DNA of 52,444 nt, the filler included, from Sphacelaria rigidula (Eukaryota), in NCBI GenBank assembly GCA_964200075.2. It is 2 parts of 2 records of this genome, joined end to end, with 100 filler letters (N's around TTAATTAATTAA, not from the genome) between each part and the next. Parts side by side here need not be neighbours in the genome. Positions count along the whole stretch, not along the records: positions 26,306 to 52,444 come from CAXNAA020000148.1; 1 more part is not named here. One strand, 5' to 3'. Position 1 is the stretch's first letter; each line of letters begins with the position of its first letter. Of the stretch, positions 50,390 to 52,444 are shown one piece after another. The translations under genes and the position numbers were made by a program. The notes under the pieces were generated by a model. It was not told the origin of the DNA, ran no database searches, and was given only the letters and a program-made list of their open reading frames with translations.

Positions 50390-50990
50390 CGCCACCATAA
50401 CACAGTCCGGATATAGACACGAAATAGATAATCTAACCCTCCTTCTTCTTTAACCTATAACCATAGCACAGCCTGGACATAGACATGAAATAAAGCAGCT
50501 AACCCTGTCGTTTCCTTAACCTGCCATGACACAGCCGAAACACATACATGGAATGACGAAGCTAACCCTCCTTTTTATTTAAGCTACAAAAACACAGCCC
50601 GGACATGGACATGAAATAAAGAAGCTAACCCTGCTTTTTCTTTAACCTACCATAACACAGCCCGGACACAGACATGAAATTGAGAAGCTAACCCTGCTTT
50701 TTCTTTGAGCTACCACAACACAGACTGGACATAGCCACGAAATGCGAAGCTAACCCTGCTTTTTTCTCAACCTACCATAACACAGCCCGGACATGGACAT
50801 GAAGTGGAGGAGCTAACCCTGCTTTTTTCTTAACCTACCATAACACAGACTGGACATAGACATGAAATAAAGAAGCTGACCCTGCTTTTTCTTTCACCTA
50901 CAGTGATACAGCCTGGATATGGACATGATTTAGAGAAGTTAATCCTGCTTTTTCTTTATCCTACCATAACACAGCCCGGGTATAGGCGTA
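50390..50990. repeat. 63-bp minisatellite, about 9-10 diverged copies (more decayed units from ~50200)
   Basis: Consensus aacacagcccggacatagacatgaaataaagaagctaaccctgctttttctttaacctaccat; example unit starts at 50591 and 50654. Confidence 0.92.
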
Positions 50991-51949
50991 AAATAGCGAG
51001 AAAAACATATATACTTTCCCATATGAAGACGGGGACAATGCATGACGTAAAAGTCAAGACCTACTGCATTTATGAAACCAATACCTTACCAACGACCGAC
51101 CACATGGCCCACAAGAAGGAGCACCAAGCGGTACGTAGACTTCTTGAGATCTGGAAGGATAGAAGCTGGTATAAATTGTGGGGGAATCATTGGCCAAGCT
51201 TTCGGTAGCGAGGGTCTACTCGGAAGCATTAGTGGAGTAGCGACCCATGGTGAACCGTACACGGAGTGGGAAAAGTGATGTACGGGATATTCCGGTGTGA
51301 GTAAGACTCTATGTTATGCAAGCCGTCCTTGAACCTGCTGAAAATGACCTCCCTGGAGGAAAGTAACCAGTAAAGCAGCGGGGCAAGAAGATAGAAAATA
51401 CAATCGTGGGACGCCTGGATGCTTTTCCATGAAGATCGCCTGGCGCAAACGTGGGGTACTTGTGTCAAAGGTGTTGAACTTAGCTCCAGGCTACGAGCTC
51501 GTGTTGGAGGCATTATTTAGTGTCGGTGAGCCAGCACAAGAATTCAAATGCACCAGACCCCCAACAAGTACTAGGGTTGAGATGTCCCAATGCATTGACT
51601 ACATCCCATCAATACACTCGAAACAGTCAAGCGGGAGATTTTCTCGAAAGAGATCGAGAGAGAGATGGTAAGGAAGGGCGGATGGAGGAGTAAAGAGTGG
51701 ACGGGTAAAGTACTAGTAGTGCTGATATTCGGAGTATGTAGCGATATTACAAGAATAGAGTTGAAAATGGAATGCTATGAAGTTAGATTACACTGCTTAG
51801 CAAAAGAAGAAGTAGAAAGGGAGGGGGAATACTTGTGAGTCACACTAAAACAGGGAGCGAGCAAGTAGTGGGAAAGGATAGAAACGAGTAAGGTATCGGA
51901 ATGGGTTACAAGGGTAGGATGTGGAGTATGCATAGCTTATGGAACAACA

Positions 51950-52260
51950 AACCTAGGACGTAGTCCACGGGTAAACGGAGGGGGAGAGAGGCAGAAGAGG
52001 TGAGTGCCCGGAAGGGGAAGGGGAGGGGATATAGTGACCCGAAGCAAATAGACGAAGTCCAAACGGGCAAGGGGCAGAACAATCAAGCAAGGGAAAATAG
52101 GAGGAAGAGACACGGGAAGAGGATAGGAAACATCAAGAGAGCAGATAACGATTCGGGAAGGAAGTTAAGAATAGGATCGTGGAACGTGTGTGGCTTTGTC
52201 ACAGACAAGCGCAGAATAGAAGAGATAGCGCTACACGTGAGTAAACACGACCTAGTCTTT
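51950..52260 (+). mobile_element. Fragment of a second LINE (N-terminus of APE endonuclease)
   Basis: A basic leader is followed by KLRIGSWNVCG...IEEI...KHDL, matching the APE motif I pattern (LRIGSWNVxG). The frame then runs into T-rich sequence. Confidence 0.6.
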
Positions 52261-52444
52261 TCGTGGTTCTTGTCCTTTATCATCTTCTCTCTTCCTTTCT
52301 TTCGTTGTACTCTTCTGACAGATCTGGCGTTTTTTTTTTCTTTTTTTTCTTTCTTTCTTTTCTCTCCCCGTTGAACTCGGGGGAGCTACTTCTCACCGGT
52401 TTTCGTGGCGTTTCTCTTCTTTTTTTTTTTTTTATTTTTGTTTT

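Noticed and set aside
49850..50990. 32-bp palindromic repeat and 63-bp repeat as a CRISPR array
   Set aside because: The units are head-to-tail with no unique spacers, the context is eukaryotic and there are no cas genes.
50390..50990. 63-bp repeat as a 21-aa repeat protein (FNIP/LRR-like)
   Set aside because: Stops recur in the consensus frames and some units carry indels.

Overview
Intron-rich eukaryotic DNA. Short GC-rich exons, roughly 0.3-2 kb introns and many microsatellites suggest a brown alga or related stramenopile (inference). Four spliced protein-coding genes were reconstructed by hand with consistent exon phases: (1) the last three exons of ATG3 (+); (2) a complete 12-exon, 519-aa urg1/URC1-type GTP cyclohydrolase II-like gene (-); (3) a 5'-truncated XPB/ERCC3 TFIIH helicase (+, 14 exons) that begins just after an artificial 100-bp scaffold linker; (4) a large multi-C2-domain protein gene (+) with a ~2.4-kb exon and no stop codon found. 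Also present are a decayed APE+RT LINE, a second LINE fragment, several MITE families, tRNA-derived SINE-like pieces, minisatellites and microsatellites. The most notable observations are recurrent degenerate echoes of exon sequence in adjacent introns of three genes, a URC-pathway-type cyclohydrolase in a probable alga, an acidic ATG3 tail carrying a candidate ATG8-interacting motif, three GC-AG introns, and a prokaryote/organelle-type tRNA-fMet relic. I found no convincing evidence of a novel multi-gene system.
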